A stretch of DNA of 64,000 nucleotides from an uncultured Acidobacteriota bacterium (GTDB lineage: Bacteria; Acidobacteriota; Thermoanaerobaculia; Multivoradales; UBA5704). Positions 38,577 to 49,295 of this stretch are shown here, one piece after another; position 1 is the first letter of the stretch, and each line of letters opens with the position of its first letter. The stretch lies in assembly GCA_963700145.1 (NCBI GenBank), contig OY969474.1:896001-960000 (forward strand), in the 5' to 3' direction. The notes below the pieces were generated by a model. The model searched no databases. It was given only the letters and a program-made list of their open reading frames with translations, and had not been told where the DNA came from. Made by a program: the position numbers and the translations under genes.

Positions 38577-41257
38577 CGCGCTCCTCTCCGCGCCACCGCC
38601 GGCGGCCGCGCCTCGGCCGGCCCTTCGCGGGCCACGTGCTCGAGCGCGAACGCCAGCTCGTCCTCGGGCGCGATCCGCCCGTCCAGCCGCGCCCGGCGGG
38701 TGGCGCGCAGCGCTTCTCCCACCCACGGCCCCGGCGGCACGCCGGCGGCGAGCAGGTCGGCGCCGCGCGCCGCCGGCTCGACCCGCCGCAGCTCGGTCAG
38801 CTCGCGCCGCACCCAGCCGCGCCCGCGCTCGTCCTCCTCGGCCATCAGGAGGAGCAGCTCCTCGCCCGAGAGCCCCGCCAGCGCCTCGGAGACCTCGTGC
38901 GGCGCGACCCGCGGGCGGCGGAGGACGGCGCGCGCCGCGGCCAGCCGCTCGGGCAGCTCGGCGAGCGTGCGCCGGTCCTCCTCCGGCAGCATGAGGCGCC
39001 GCGCCAGCCGCTCCCGCTCCGCCGCCTCCAGCCCGCCGGCGAGCGCCAGGAGCAGCAGCCGCCCGAGCCGCGCCGGCGGATCCGCCAGCCCTTCGAGCCG
39101 GTACCAGTCGTGCGCGGCGAGGGCGCCGCCCAGGCGCGCGCGCGCAGCCGCGTCGAGCGCCAGGCGCGGATGGAGGACGGAGAGCAGCCCCAGCTCCTCC
39201 AGCCGCTCGAGGCCGCGCAAGGCGATCGTGGGGTCGTCGAGGAGGAGCGCCAGCTCCTCGCGCAGGCGGGCGCCGGAGAGCTGGTCGAACGCGCCCTCCC
39301 CCACCGCCACGGCGAGGAGGCGCAGCGTCTCCGGGCTCATCGCGAAGCAGAGCCGCAGCTCCAACCGCACGGCGCGCAGGGCGCGCGTCGGGTCGTCGAT
39401 GAAGGAGAGGCTGTGGAGGACACGCAGCACGCCGTCGCGCAGGTCGCGGCGGCCGCCGAAGTAGTCGATCAGCTCCGGCGTTCCCTCCGGCCCGAGGCGG
39501 AGGGCGAGAGTGTTGATCGTGAAGTCGCGCCGGTAGAGGTCCTGGCGCAGCGGCGACATCTGCACCTCGGGGAGCGCCGCCGGCGCGCGGTAGAACTCGC
39601 TGCGCGCCGTCGCCACGTCGATCTGGAAGCCGTCGGACTCGGTGACGACGGCGGTCAGGAAGGCCTCGTGGACCCGCACGCGCGCGCCCAGCTCGGCCGC
39701 CAGCTCGCGGGCGAAGGCGGGGCCGTCGCCCTCGACGACGACGTCGAGGTCGCGGTTCTCGCGGCCGAGGAGGAGGTCGCGCACCAGGCCGCCGACGAGA
39801 TAGGCGGGGACGCCGAGCCGGCGCGAGACGGCGGTGATCGTCTCGACGCGGCCGCGCAGCGCGGGGGCGAGCGCGGTCTCGAGGAGCTTCCGCACCTGCT
39901 CGCGGCGCTCGCGCTGGCGCTCGGAGCGGCGGTCGATCGCCTCCTCGAGATCCTCCAGCCGCCCGTGCAGGTGCCGCAGCACCTGCATGCGGGTGACGAG
40001 ACCCAGCGCGCGCCCGCTCTCCGGCTCCCCCACCAGCACCAGGCGCGAGCGGTGGAGGGCCATGCGCTCGGCCACCTCGTCGGCCGGGGCGTCGGGCGCG
40101 ATCCATTCGAGCTCCGGCGCCATGACGCGCTCGACCCGGCGTTCGCCGAGCCCGTGCTGGAGCGCGGCGTCGAGGAGCTGGCGGGTGACCGTGCCGACGA
40201 CGCGCCCCTCGGCGTCCACGACCGGTGCGGCGTTGACGCGGCGCGCATTCAGCTCCTCCTTGGCGGCGGCGACGGTGACGTCGGCGGCCACGGTGGCGAA
40301 GCGGCTCACCATGAGATCGGCGGCGCGGGCGGACGGCGGCAGGGCGTGGGCGAGGAAGGCGAGGAGCCGCTCGCGCACCTCGAGCGTCGTGCCGTCGAGG
40401 CGGGCCGAGGCGGCGGTGGGGTGCCCGCCGCCGCCGCCGAAGTCGGCGAGCGCCGCACCGAGGTCGAAGCCGGCCAGCTCGCCGCGCGCGATGAGCGTCA
40501 CCCGGTCCCCCTCGCCGAAGAGCGCGAAGAGGAGCGGCAGGTCGAAGAGCTCGAGGCAGCGCGAGACCAAGGGCGCCAGCTCGTCCACGTACTCGCCGAG
40601 GTCGAGCTCCACGAGGCCGACGCGGTGGCCGCGCAGGCGGTGCACCTCGAGGTCGCGGGTCATACGGTGGAGCACCTCGATGTGCGCGGGGTCGAGCCGG
40701 CGGGCGGCGAAGCGGCGGACGGCGCCGAGGTCCGCGCCCTGCTCGAGGAGCCAGGCGGCGGCGCGGTGCTCGCGCGGCCCGGTCGTCGGATAAGTGAGGA
40801 GGCCGGTGTCCTCGTAGATGCCGAGGAGGAGGGCGGTGGCCTCGGCGGCGCCGACGCCGAGCCCGCGCTCGTGCAGGAGCTCGACCATGAGCGTCGCGGT
40901 CGAGCCCGACGTGGGGTCGACGAGGCCGCCGGCGACCGGCAGGTCGGCCTCAGAGTCCGGATGGTGGTCGTAGGCCCAGACCTCGATCGCCGGGTGCCGC
41001 GCCAGCCACTCGGCGACGACGCCGATGCGGTCGCGCTGGCGGATGTCGCAGAGGACGACGCGGGTCAGCTCGGCGGGGTCGACATCCTTCTGCCGCAGCT
41101 CCTCGAACTCGACGAGCCCCCCTTCGAGCGCCCGGCGCAGCGACTCCTCGCGCGAGCCGGGGAAGAAGAGGCGGGCCTCTGGATGAAGTTTGCGCGCCGC
41201 GAGCATCGCCGCGAAGCCGTCGAAGTCGGCGCCGACGTGGGTGGAGATGAGCTCCAT
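38573..41257 (-). CDS. DHH-DHHA1-CBS-CBS tRNA nucleotidyltransferase (CCA/A-adding type)
   Basis: THVGADFD, DHH, GGGGH..AASA, CBS pair, LVGGLVRD, DLDVVV, RRDFTIN, DDPTR. Confidence 0.92.
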   Translation of the reverse strand: MELISTHVGADFDGFAAMLAARKLHPEARLFFPGSREESLRRALEGGLVEFEELRQKDVDPAELTRVVLCDIRQRDRIGVVAEWLARHPAIEVWAYDHHPDSEADLPVAGGLVDPTSGSTATLMVELLHERGLGVGAAEATALLLGIYEDTGLLTYPTTGPREHRAAAWLLEQGADLGAVRRFAARRLDPAHIEVLHRMTRDLEVHRLRGHRVGLVELDLGEYVDELAPLVSRCLELFDLPLLFALFGEGDRVTLIARGELAGFDLGAALADFGGGGGHPTAASARLDGTTLEVRERLLAFLAHALPPSARAADLMVSRFATVAADVTVAAAKEELNARRVNAAPVVDAEGRVVGTVTRQLLDAALQHGLGERRVERVMAPELEWIAPDAPADEVAERMALHRSRLVLVGEPESGRALGLVTRMQVLRHLHGRLEDLEEAIDRRSERQRERREQVRKLLETALAPALRGRVETITAVSRRLGVPAYLVGGLVRDLLLGRENRDLDVVVEGDGPAFARELAAELGARVRVHEAFLTAVVTESDGFQIDVATARSEFYRAPAALPEVQMSPLRQDLYRRDFTINTLALRLGPEGTPELIDYFGGRRDLRDGVLRVLHSLSFIDDPTRALRAVRLELRLCFAMSPETLRLLAVAVGEGAFDQLSGARLREELALLLDDPTIALRGLERLEELGLLSVLHPRLALDAAARARLGGALAAHDWYRLEGLADPPARLGRLLLLALAGGLEAAERERLARRLMLPEEDRRTLAELPERLAAARAVLRRPRVAPHEVSEALAGLSGEELLLLMAEEDERGRGWVRRELTELRRVEPAARGADLLAAGVPPGPWVGEALRATRRARLDGRIAPEDELAFALEHVAREGPAEARPPAVARRGAR

Positions 41258-41315
41258 CGCCGGGATTGTAGCGCCCGGTGGCCGGGCGTCCCGCGGCGGC
41301 GATCGGGGCGCCGGC

Positions 41316-41465
41316 TCAGTGCCGCTTGAAGAACTGCACGGCGCGCTCGTGCTTCTCGGCGGCGGCGCGGGTCTTGAAGGTGCCGAGGTTGCGGCGCTTG
41401 CCGGTCTTGGGGTCCTTCTTCCGCGAGTAGAGGCGGTACTCGCCGGAGGCGAGCTTGCGGATCAT
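41316..41465 (-). CDS. Small basic 49-aa protein, absent from the ORF track
   Basis: MIRKLASGEYRLYSRKKDPKTGKRRNLGTFKTRAAAEKHERAVQFFKRH; near-complete GC3 bias; 7 nt after the upstream stop. Confidence 0.85.
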   Translation of the reverse strand: MIRKLASGEYRLYSRKKDPKTGKRRNLGTFKTRAAAEKHERAVQFFKRH

Positions 41466-41472
41466 CGCCGGC

Positions 41473-41916
41473 TCAGCTCTTGGCGCGCGCCCGGGCCGCC
41501 TTCTTGGCGGCGCGCGAGCGGTCGGCCTTCGTGCGGCGGGCCGCGGCGCTCTTGGCTTGCCGCGAGAGCGCCGTCTTCGAGGCCGCGCTGTGACCTTCCT
41601 TCTTGAGCGCCTTGCGGGCCGCCCGCGAGCGCGACGGCGACGGCTTCTTCTTGGCGGCGCCCTTCTTGAGGTCGCGCTTCGCCTGCTCGCGCGTCTCCTT
41701 CGGCGCCTCGCCCTTTTCCGGCGGCGGCAGCTTCACGCCGGCGCGGCGCGCCTTGGAGAGCCCGATCGCGATCGCCTGCTTGGTCGAGCGGGCGCCGTGC
41801 TTGCCCTCGCGGATGTGCTCGATCTCCTCGTGCACGAACTCCCCGGCCTGCGTGCTCGGCGACTTCCCCTCGCGCTTGGCTTCGCGGGCGCGCTCGACAG
41901 TCTCTTTCTCGGGCAT
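41473..41916 (-). CDS. Lys/Ala-rich basic protein (DUF6496-like, histone-like tail)
   Basis: AAGGAG SD; QAGEFVHEEIEH...KQAIAIGLSKARRAG; K/A/R-rich tail. Confidence 0.85.
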   Translation of the reverse strand: MPEKETVERAREAKREGKSPSTQAGEFVHEEIEHIREGKHGARSTKQAIAIGLSKARRAGVKLPPPEKGEAPKETREQAKRDLKKGAAKKKPSPSRSRAARKALKKEGHSAASKTALSRQAKSAAARRTKADRSRAAKKAARARAKS

Positions 41917-41968
41917 GGCAAGCTCCTTTCCTTTCAAGAGCTTGCTGCAAGCGACATGCCCCGGCGCC

Positions 41969-43231
41969 TCAGCCGCCGATCTTCTGCACGATCCGGCGGG
42001 CCAGGATGCGGAAGGTCTTCAGCGTCGGGTCGTAGTCGTTCCAGGCCACGACGCCGCGGCCGGCGGCGTTGAGGGCCACGACAGGGAAGCGCTGCTGCGG
42101 CCGTTCGGCGGAGATCAGGATGTCCGGGCCGATCGGCGTGCCGTCCTCGGCGAGGCGGCGGCCGAAGATCCAGACGTCCCAGTCGTCGTGGCCGGCGAAC
42201 TGGCTCTGGCTCTCCCAGACGGCGAAGAAGCCCCCGGCCCGCCGCGAGACGTCGGGCGACGTCTGGGTCCCCGCGACCTCGGCGTTGACGTGGACCACTT
42301 CCCCGGGGGTGCCGTCGGCGGCGTAGTGCTGCCCCCGCAGGCCGGTGGTGGAGTTGAGGTCGCCGTGCTCGAAGTCGCCGCCCATGTCGGTGCAGACGAC
42401 CTCGAAGCTCCCGCCGGGCGCCATGGCGACCGCGGGGGTGACCTGGCTCGCGGCGAAGGTCTCGCCGGTGTCCAGCGCGAGCTCCTCGCCCTGCGCAACG
42501 CCGTTCGCCGCGAAGCGCTGGATCATGACGTCGTAGAAGCTGCTTTCGCCGCCGTAGGAGAGCCAGACGACGACGAAGTCGCCGTTGGCAGCCATCTCGA
42601 CCTTCGGCTCGATCTGGTCGCGGCGGGTCGTGACGTTGACCTGGAACTCGGAGCCCCGCGGCCTGCCCTCGGCCGAGAACCGGCGGGCGAAGATCTCCGG
42701 CGCGTCGCGGCCGGACTCCGAGGCGTGGGAGCTCTCCCAGGCCGCGACGAAGCTGCCGTTGGGCGCGATCGCCACGTCGGGGCCGCGCTGGTTGCCGAGC
42801 AGGGTCGGGGTGAGCCGGAACGGCGCGCCGAGCGGCTTGCCGGCGGCGTCGAACCGGCGGGCCAGCACGCGGAAGTGGCCGGGGACGTTCTCGGTCCAGA
42901 CGACGACGAAGCGGCCGTTCCCCTGCATGGCGACCCGCGGGCCGAACTGGTCCCAGGGCGGCGTGCTGACGCCAAGCTCGCTCGTGCGCGGCGTGCCGTC
43001 GGCGCGGAAGAGGCGGAAACGGACACGGCTTGGGCCCTCGGGCGGGCCCGCGGTCCAGGCGAGGAGGAAGTCGCCGTTGGCCGCCACGGCGGCGGCGTTG
43101 ACGAGCTCCGACGTCCCGTCCACCGCGGTGATCGCCAGCTCGGGGCCGCGAGGGGTCTGGGCCTCGGAGACGGCGAGGGGGAGGAGGGCGGCGGCGGCGA
43201 GGAGGAGAAGAGTGCGACCCGGGAAGCTCAT
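41969..43231 (-). CDS. Secreted repeat protein (probable beta-propeller), paralog 1
   Basis: GGAGG SD, signal peptide, repeats of P.VA...G.FVV.W...ARRF.A.G.P.G.E. Confidence 0.8.
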   Translation of the reverse strand: MSFPGRTLLLLAAAALLPLAVSEAQTPRGPELAITAVDGTSELVNAAAVAANGDFLLAWTAGPPEGPSRVRFRLFRADGTPRTSELGVSTPPWDQFGPRVAMQGNGRFVVVWTENVPGHFRVLARRFDAAGKPLGAPFRLTPTLLGNQRGPDVAIAPNGSFVAAWESSHASESGRDAPEIFARRFSAEGRPRGSEFQVNVTTRRDQIEPKVEMAANGDFVVVWLSYGGESSFYDVMIQRFAANGVAQGEELALDTGETFAASQVTPAVAMAPGGSFEVVCTDMGGDFEHGDLNSTTGLRGQHYAADGTPGEVVHVNAEVAGTQTSPDVSRRAGGFFAVWESQSQFAGHDDWDVWIFGRRLAEDGTPIGPDILISAERPQQRFPVVALNAAGRGVVAWNDYDPTLKTFRILARRIVQKIGG

Positions 43232-43312
43232 ACAATTCCTCCGAAAAGAGTCCGAAACGGTCAACCCTGTGCGACAGCGCTGCATTCCACCCGCCCGACA
43301 GGAGAGAGCCCG

Positions 43313-43684
43313 ATGATCCGCGGCGTCCATACGATGTTCTACACCTCGCAGCCGGACGAGCTCCGCGCCTTCCTGCGCGACGTCCTGGGGTTCCCGGCGT
43401 CGGACGTGGGCGACGGCTGGCTCATCTTCGACCTGCCGGAGGCGGACATGGGGTGCCACCCGACCGAGGCCGACGGCCCGCCGTCGGGCACACCGGACAT
43501 CTCCTTCTACTGCGACGACATCGAGGCGACGGTCGCGGAGCTCAAGGCGAAGGGGGTGCGCTTCACCGGCGACGTCGAGGACCATGGCTACGGTCTGGTG
43601 ACCCATTTCCTGATGCCGGGCGAGATCGAGGTCCAGCTCTACCAGCCGCGCTACAGCAAGTCGGGCGGCCAGCCGGCGCGCTAG
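43313..43684 (+). CDS. VOC/glyoxalase-family protein
   Basis: RAFLRDVLGF, ISFYCDDIEATVAELKAKGV, DHGYG. Confidence 0.88.
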   Translation: MIRGVHTMFYTSQPDELRAFLRDVLGFPASDVGDGWLIFDLPEADMGCHPTEADGPPSGTPDISFYCDDIEATVAELKAKGVRFTGDVEDHGYGLVTHFLMPGEIEVQLYQPRYSKSGGQPAR

Positions 43685-44946
43685 GGAGGGTTCCGCTGCA
43701 CGATGCGGCGGGCGCGGATACGGAAGGTGCGGAAGTAGAGGTCGGACTCGTTCCAGGCGACGATCCCGCGGCCCTGCGCGTCGAGAGCCACCACGGGACC
43801 CTCCCCGTACTGCGCGCTGATCCGGATGTCGCCGCCGAGCGGCGTCCCGTCCGGGGCGAGGCGCCGGCCGAAGATCCCTTGGCTGCTCGCAGCGGCGCCG
43901 GTGCTCTGCCAGACGACGAAGAAGCCGCCGAGACGCCGGGAGACGTCCGGCCTCTGCTGGCGTCCCGCCACAGCGCCGTTGACGTGAATGGGAGGCCCGA
44001 CGAACGCTCCATCCGCCGCGACGCGCCGGCCCACGATGCCGAGGTACGGGAACTCCTCGGTCGAGGGGTCCTCGTCGCGGTCGAGGTCGCCGAGGTAATC
44101 GGTGCAGACCGCCATGAAGCCGCCGTCCGGCGCCATCGCGATCGCCCCCTGGATCTCGTTGAGGTCGCTCCTGTACTCCGTCTCCAGTGAGAGCTCATCG
44201 CCTCGGCGGGAACCGTTGGCAGCGAAGCGCTGCATCCTGACATCGTAGAACTCCGCCATCCAGGAGTCCCAAGCGATCACGAAGTCGCCGTTAGCGGCCG
44301 CCGCGACTCGCGGCAGCGACTGCTCCTCGCTGGTGCGCGCATTGACCAGGAACTCGGGGCCCAGGGGCTTCCCTGCCGACGAGAAGCGACGGGCGAAGAT
44401 GTCGGGCATGTGGCGGCGGAGCGTCGCGATGTGATCGCTCGACCATGTCGCGACGAAGCTGCCGTTGGCTGCCATGGCCACGTCGGGATCGCGCTGGTTG
44501 CCCTGGAGGTTCGGCGTCAGCCGGAAGGGCGGCGCCAGCGGCGCGCCGCTGGCGCCGAACCGCCGCGCCAGCACGCGGAAGTGGCCGGGGACCTGCTCGG
44601 TCCAGACGACGACGAAGCGGCCATCCCCCCTCATGGCGACCCGCGGCCCGAACTGACCCCAGGGCGGGGTACCGACACCCAGCACGGCGGTGCGCGGCGT
44701 GCCGTCGGCGCGGAAGAGGCGGAAGCGAACGCGGCTCGGACCCTCGGGCGGACTGGCGGTCCAGGCGAGGAGGAAGTCCCCGTTCGCCGCCACGGCGGCG
44801 CCGGTGACGAACTCCGACGTGGCGTCGAACGCGGTGACCGGGATCTCAGGGCCGCGAGGGGTCTGCGCCTCGACGGTGTGCAGGGGAGGGAGAGCGAGAA
44901 CGGCGGCGAAGAGGAGACTGCGGCACGGCGGGCTCATGCGGGGCAT
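43681..44946 (-). CDS. Secreted repeat protein (probable beta-propeller), paralog 2
   Basis: Collinear with 41969-43231 (EAQTPRGPE, PPEGPSRVRFRLFRADGTPRT shared). Confidence 0.8.
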   Translation of the reverse strand: MPRMSPPCRSLLFAAVLALPPLHTVEAQTPRGPEIPVTAFDATSEFVTGAAVAANGDFLLAWTASPPEGPSRVRFRLFRADGTPRTAVLGVGTPPWGQFGPRVAMRGDGRFVVVWTEQVPGHFRVLARRFGASGAPLAPPFRLTPNLQGNQRDPDVAMAANGSFVATWSSDHIATLRRHMPDIFARRFSSAGKPLGPEFLVNARTSEEQSLPRVAAAANGDFVIAWDSWMAEFYDVRMQRFAANGSRRGDELSLETEYRSDLNEIQGAIAMAPDGGFMAVCTDYLGDLDRDEDPSTEEFPYLGIVGRRVAADGAFVGPPIHVNGAVAGRQQRPDVSRRLGGFFVVWQSTGAAASSQGIFGRRLAPDGTPLGGDIRISAQYGEGPVVALDAQGRGIVAWNESDLYFRTFRIRARRIVQRNPP

Positions 44947-44981
44947 CTCTGGACCTTTCTACGACTGAGCCTCCGGAAGCA

Positions 44982-45827
44982 TCACGCCCGCTCCTTCATC
45001 GCCTCGCGGTGCAGGAACTCCGGCGTCGGGCCGGTGGTCGTCTCGATCGCCGGCAGGTCCATGCCGCGGAGGACCTCCTCGACGGAGGTCAGGCCGACGG
45101 TGGCGGCCTTGACCTCGGCTTCGACGAAGGCGGGGTCGCGGCGGGTGAGGGCCTGCTCCTGGATCAGGAGGATCGAGTTCTCGATCCGCCCCAGGCGGGC
45201 GCGCAGGCCCTCCCGGTTCTCCTCGGCGCGCTGCAGGTTCTCGAGGCGTTTCTTGAGCACGTCCACGTTCTCGGCCAGCGCCGCCTTGAGCGTCTCGGAG
45301 GTCGAAGCCGCCTGGTCGCGCTCGGCCCGCTGCAGCGCCGCATCGATCTCCTTCTTCGGCACCCCCGTGCAGAGGGCGTCGAGCATCTGCTCGTAGGAGA
45401 GGGTGCGCAGGAACACCCAGAGGAGCTTGTTGACGCTGTCGACCTGCTGGTCCTCGAAGAGGTCGTCGAGCCCCTTCTCCCCCGCCCGCGTCGCGGCCAG
45501 CGACCGCTGCAGCTCGCGGCAGCGGTCGCGGACGGCGTCGAAGCGCTGCCGCCGCGACGCGCTCAGCCCCTTGACCAGCTCCTCGGCCGCTTCCTCGCTG
45601 CTCACCGCCTTGCGATAGTCGCGCCGCGCGCGCACCAGGTGCTGGAAGCGCGGGTAGTGCGCCAGCCCGAGGAGGTAGACCAGCTCGGCCGCCGCCACCA
45701 GCGGCCAGACGACGAGCGGCTGCATGGTGACGACGCCCGCCAGGACGCCGCCGCTGAGCAGGATGACGTTGTAGGGGACCTTGAAGGCCTCCCGGATGTA
45801 GTCGAAGATGCCGGCGTCGCGGGCCAT
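44982..45827 (-). CDS. Hypothetical protein with 2 TM helices and a long coiled coil
   Basis: Hydrophobic N-terminus, heptad-rich C-terminal half; 4 nt after the ABC ATPase stop. Confidence 0.8.
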   Translation of the reverse strand: MARDAGIFDYIREAFKVPYNVILLSGGVLAGVVTMQPLVVWPLVAAAELVYLLGLAHYPRFQHLVRARRDYRKAVSSEEAAEELVKGLSASRRQRFDAVRDRCRELQRSLAATRAGEKGLDDLFEDQQVDSVNKLLWVFLRTLSYEQMLDALCTGVPKKEIDAALQRAERDQAASTSETLKAALAENVDVLKKRLENLQRAEENREGLRARLGRIENSILLIQEQALTRRDPAFVEAEVKAATVGLTSVEEVLRGMDLPAIETTTGPTPEFLHREAMKERA

Positions 45828-45831
45828 CGCT

Positions 45832-46722
<891 letters not shown>

Positions 46723-46723
46723 C

Positions 46724-47518
46724 TCAGTCCTCCGCGAACCGGTAGGGGAAGAGCCGGCGCTGCGCCGCCAGCAGCAGGCGGTCGATGCCGAAGGCGAGCA
46801 GGCTGATCACGAAGAGCACCCAGTAGATGTGCTCGCGCGGGCCGCGCCGCTGCGCCACCTGGATGATGTAGCCGAGCCCGAACTTGGCGTCGATCAGCTC
46901 GGCGAGCACGATGTAGCCGAAGGCCAGCCCGAAGAGCAGGCGCAGCGAGTTGAAGATGTCGGGCAGGGCGATGGGCACCAGCACCTTCCAGACCACCGGC
47001 CAGCGCTTCGCCCCCAGCGTGTAGGCGGTCTCGACGTAGCGCTCGTCGACGTCGAGGATGGCGCGCGTGGTGTCGAAGATGACGAAGCCGACGCAGGCGA
47101 TGAAGAGGAAGAAGATTTTCTGCTGCTCGCCCAGGCCGAACCAGACCAGGGTGAGCGGGATGAGCGCGGCGATCGGCACGTTGCGCAGGAAGAGGGTCGC
47201 GGGGCGGAGGAACGCTTCGACGGCGCGAAAGCACCCCGCGAGGATGCCGAGCGGCACGCCGATCAGCGCCGCCAGGCCGAAGCCGAGACCGATCCGCCCC
47301 AGGCTCCAGCCGGTCGAGCGGGTCAGCGCGGCGTCGAACCAGAGGCTCTCGAAGCTCGCCAGCACCTCGCCGGGGCTGGGCAGGGTGAGCGGCGAGAGGA
47401 TGCGCTCCTCCGGCGCCCCCCAGGTCAGCCCCCACCAGACGAGCAGCACCAGGGCGACCGAGCCGAGCTGGATCCCCCAGGTCCAGAGCCAGGGGAGGCG
47501 GCGGCGCAGCCCGTGCAA
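46724..47518 (-). CDS. ABC transporter permease (TauC/SsuC-like)
   Basis: LPSP.EV, P.AALIPL..VWFG.GE, EAA-like loop VETAYTLGA. Confidence 0.92.
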   Translation of the reverse strand: MHGLRRRLPWLWTWGIQLGSVALVLLVWWGLTWGAPEERILSPLTLPSPGEVLASFESLWFDAALTRSTGWSLGRIGLGFGLAALIGVPLGILAGCFRAVEAFLRPATLFLRNVPIAALIPLTLVWFGLGEQQKIFFLFIACVGFVIFDTTRAILDVDERYVETAYTLGAKRWPVVWKVLVPIALPDIFNSLRLLFGLAFGYIVLAELIDAKFGLGYIIQVAQRRGPREHIYWVLFVISLLAFGIDRLLLAAQRRLFPYRFAED

Positions 47519-47524
47519 CGACCG

Positions 47525-49222
47525 CTACTCCTGCTCGAGCGGGAAGACCTTGATCTCGACGCGCCGGTTGAGCGCGTGATTGCCCGGCTCGAGCTCCCGC
47601 TCCCAGCCGACGCCGTCCACCGAGAACTGGTTGGGCTGCAGCTTGTAACGCTTGACCAGCTCCTCCTTGACCGCGTTGGCGCGGTTCATCGACAGGTCGC
47701 GCACCGCGCCGAAGGGGATGAAGCCCTTCATCGAGGCGTCGGTGTGCCCTTCGATCGTGATGCGCGCCATCCCGAACTGGCCGGCCAGGCGCCCCACGTC
47801 CTCGAGGACCTTGGTGGAGTTGGGGTCGTAGAGCGTGCCGTCCTGGTTCTTGTAGGCGAGGTCGTAGGAGTTCGGGTAGAAGTGGATGCGCTGGATGTTG
47901 GTGAGGATCTCGGTGGCCTCGGCCTTGATCGCCGAGACCCCCTTCGGCGTGAAGGAGACGGTGTACTCGTCGCGCGAGCTGGCGTAGGGCTCGACGTTGT
48001 CGAGCGCCTTGATGAAGGAGAAGTCCATCACCTGGTCGAAGCGCACGGCGCTGCCGATCGAGCCGAGCTTCAAGTAGAGCGTGCTCGCCGTCTCCCAGTA
48101 GCGCTCGAAGTTCGTGGGGTTGTTCTGGTTGAGGAAAAAGTCCTTGTTCTCGGCGTAGTTGGTCGAGTGGGCATCGCCCAGCATCGCGGCCGCCTCGTCG
48201 GCCGGCAGGTTGTAGGCCCGGGCCATCAGCTCGGCGGCGCGGCGGCGCTTGCCTTCGTCCTTGAGCTCCTCGACGGCGTCGAGGAAGCCGCGCACGATGC
48301 CGTCGACGATTTTCGGGTTGTCGCGCACGAAGTCGGCGCGCGCGAACATGACGTCGGCGATCAGCTTGTTGGCGGTGGCGGTCGAGACCAGCAGCTTGTT
48401 GCCCGGCTGCTCGGCGAGCTTGTAGATGTCGGGCGCCCAGGAGACGCAGGCGGCGAGCTTCTTGTCGGCGTTGAAGGCGGCGGCGGCCTGGAACGCGTCC
48501 TCGGTGAAGCGGAAGTCGACCTCCGAGGGCTGGATGCCGGCGTTGATCAGGAGGTTCAGGATCAGGTAGTGCGACGGCGAGTGCTCGGCGAGGGCGATCG
48601 ACTTGCCCTTCAGGTCCGCCACCGAGCGGATGTTCTGGCGCACCACGATGCCGTCGCCGCCGTTCGACCAGTCGACCTGCAGGAAGGCACGCGGCAGGGC
48701 GCGTGAGTCGGCCTTGAGCTGCTCGTAGAAGAGCGGGATCATGTCGAGCGTCCACGCGGTTACGTGGACGTCGCCGGAGGCGAAGGCGTTGATCGAGGCC
48801 GAGGGGCTGTCGATCGTCTTGATGTCGAGCTTGAAGCCGTACTTCTTGGCGAACAGGCTGTCGGCGTTGGGCGAGGCGCCGCCGTTGGCGTAGAAGATCG
48901 GCGCCCAGCCGGCCCAGACGTTGAGCCCGACGACGACGGTGTTGTCGCGCAGCGGCTTGTAGCTCGCCGCGCCGCGCACCGGCGGCAGCCGCTGGGCCGG
49001 CACGTACTTGTACTCGGAGACGGTGGTGATGCCGGTCGTGTCCGGCGCCTCGACCTGCCCCTCCGGCAGGTCCTCCTTGCTGATCTCGCCGCCGTCCGCC
49101 TTCCCGCCCGGGAAGAGCCAGCCGCGGGCCGACCAGAGCCCCAGCGCCACCAGGCCGATGACGACCAGGACCATCAGGATCCAGGCCGCCGGCTTGAGCT
49201 TCACCTCCGAGGGTTCCGCCAT
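47525..49222 (-). CDS. Membrane-anchored SsuA/THI5-like substrate-binding protein fused to an OmpA-like domain
   Basis: N-terminal TM; WAGWAP, DWSNGGDGIV, SVADLKGK; C-terminal IEGHTD...LSMNRANAV...NRRVEI. Confidence 0.9.
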   Translation of the reverse strand: MAEPSEVKLKPAAWILMVLVVIGLVALGLWSARGWLFPGGKADGGEISKEDLPEGQVEAPDTTGITTVSEYKYVPAQRLPPVRGAASYKPLRDNTVVVGLNVWAGWAPIFYANGGASPNADSLFAKKYGFKLDIKTIDSPSASINAFASGDVHVTAWTLDMIPLFYEQLKADSRALPRAFLQVDWSNGGDGIVVRQNIRSVADLKGKSIALAEHSPSHYLILNLLINAGIQPSEVDFRFTEDAFQAAAAFNADKKLAACVSWAPDIYKLAEQPGNKLLVSTATANKLIADVMFARADFVRDNPKIVDGIVRGFLDAVEELKDEGKRRRAAELMARAYNLPADEAAAMLGDAHSTNYAENKDFFLNQNNPTNFERYWETASTLYLKLGSIGSAVRFDQVMDFSFIKALDNVEPYASSRDEYTVSFTPKGVSAIKAEATEILTNIQRIHFYPNSYDLAYKNQDGTLYDPNSTKVLEDVGRLAGQFGMARITIEGHTDASMKGFIPFGAVRDLSMNRANAVKEELVKRYKLQPNQFSVDGVGWERELEPGNHALNRRVEIKVFPLEQE

Positions 49223-49295
49223 CGATCGAGCCTCCGAGAAGAGGGTTGGAACGGCAGCGGCGGATTATGGCACGGCGGGCCGCCGGGCCGCGGGC

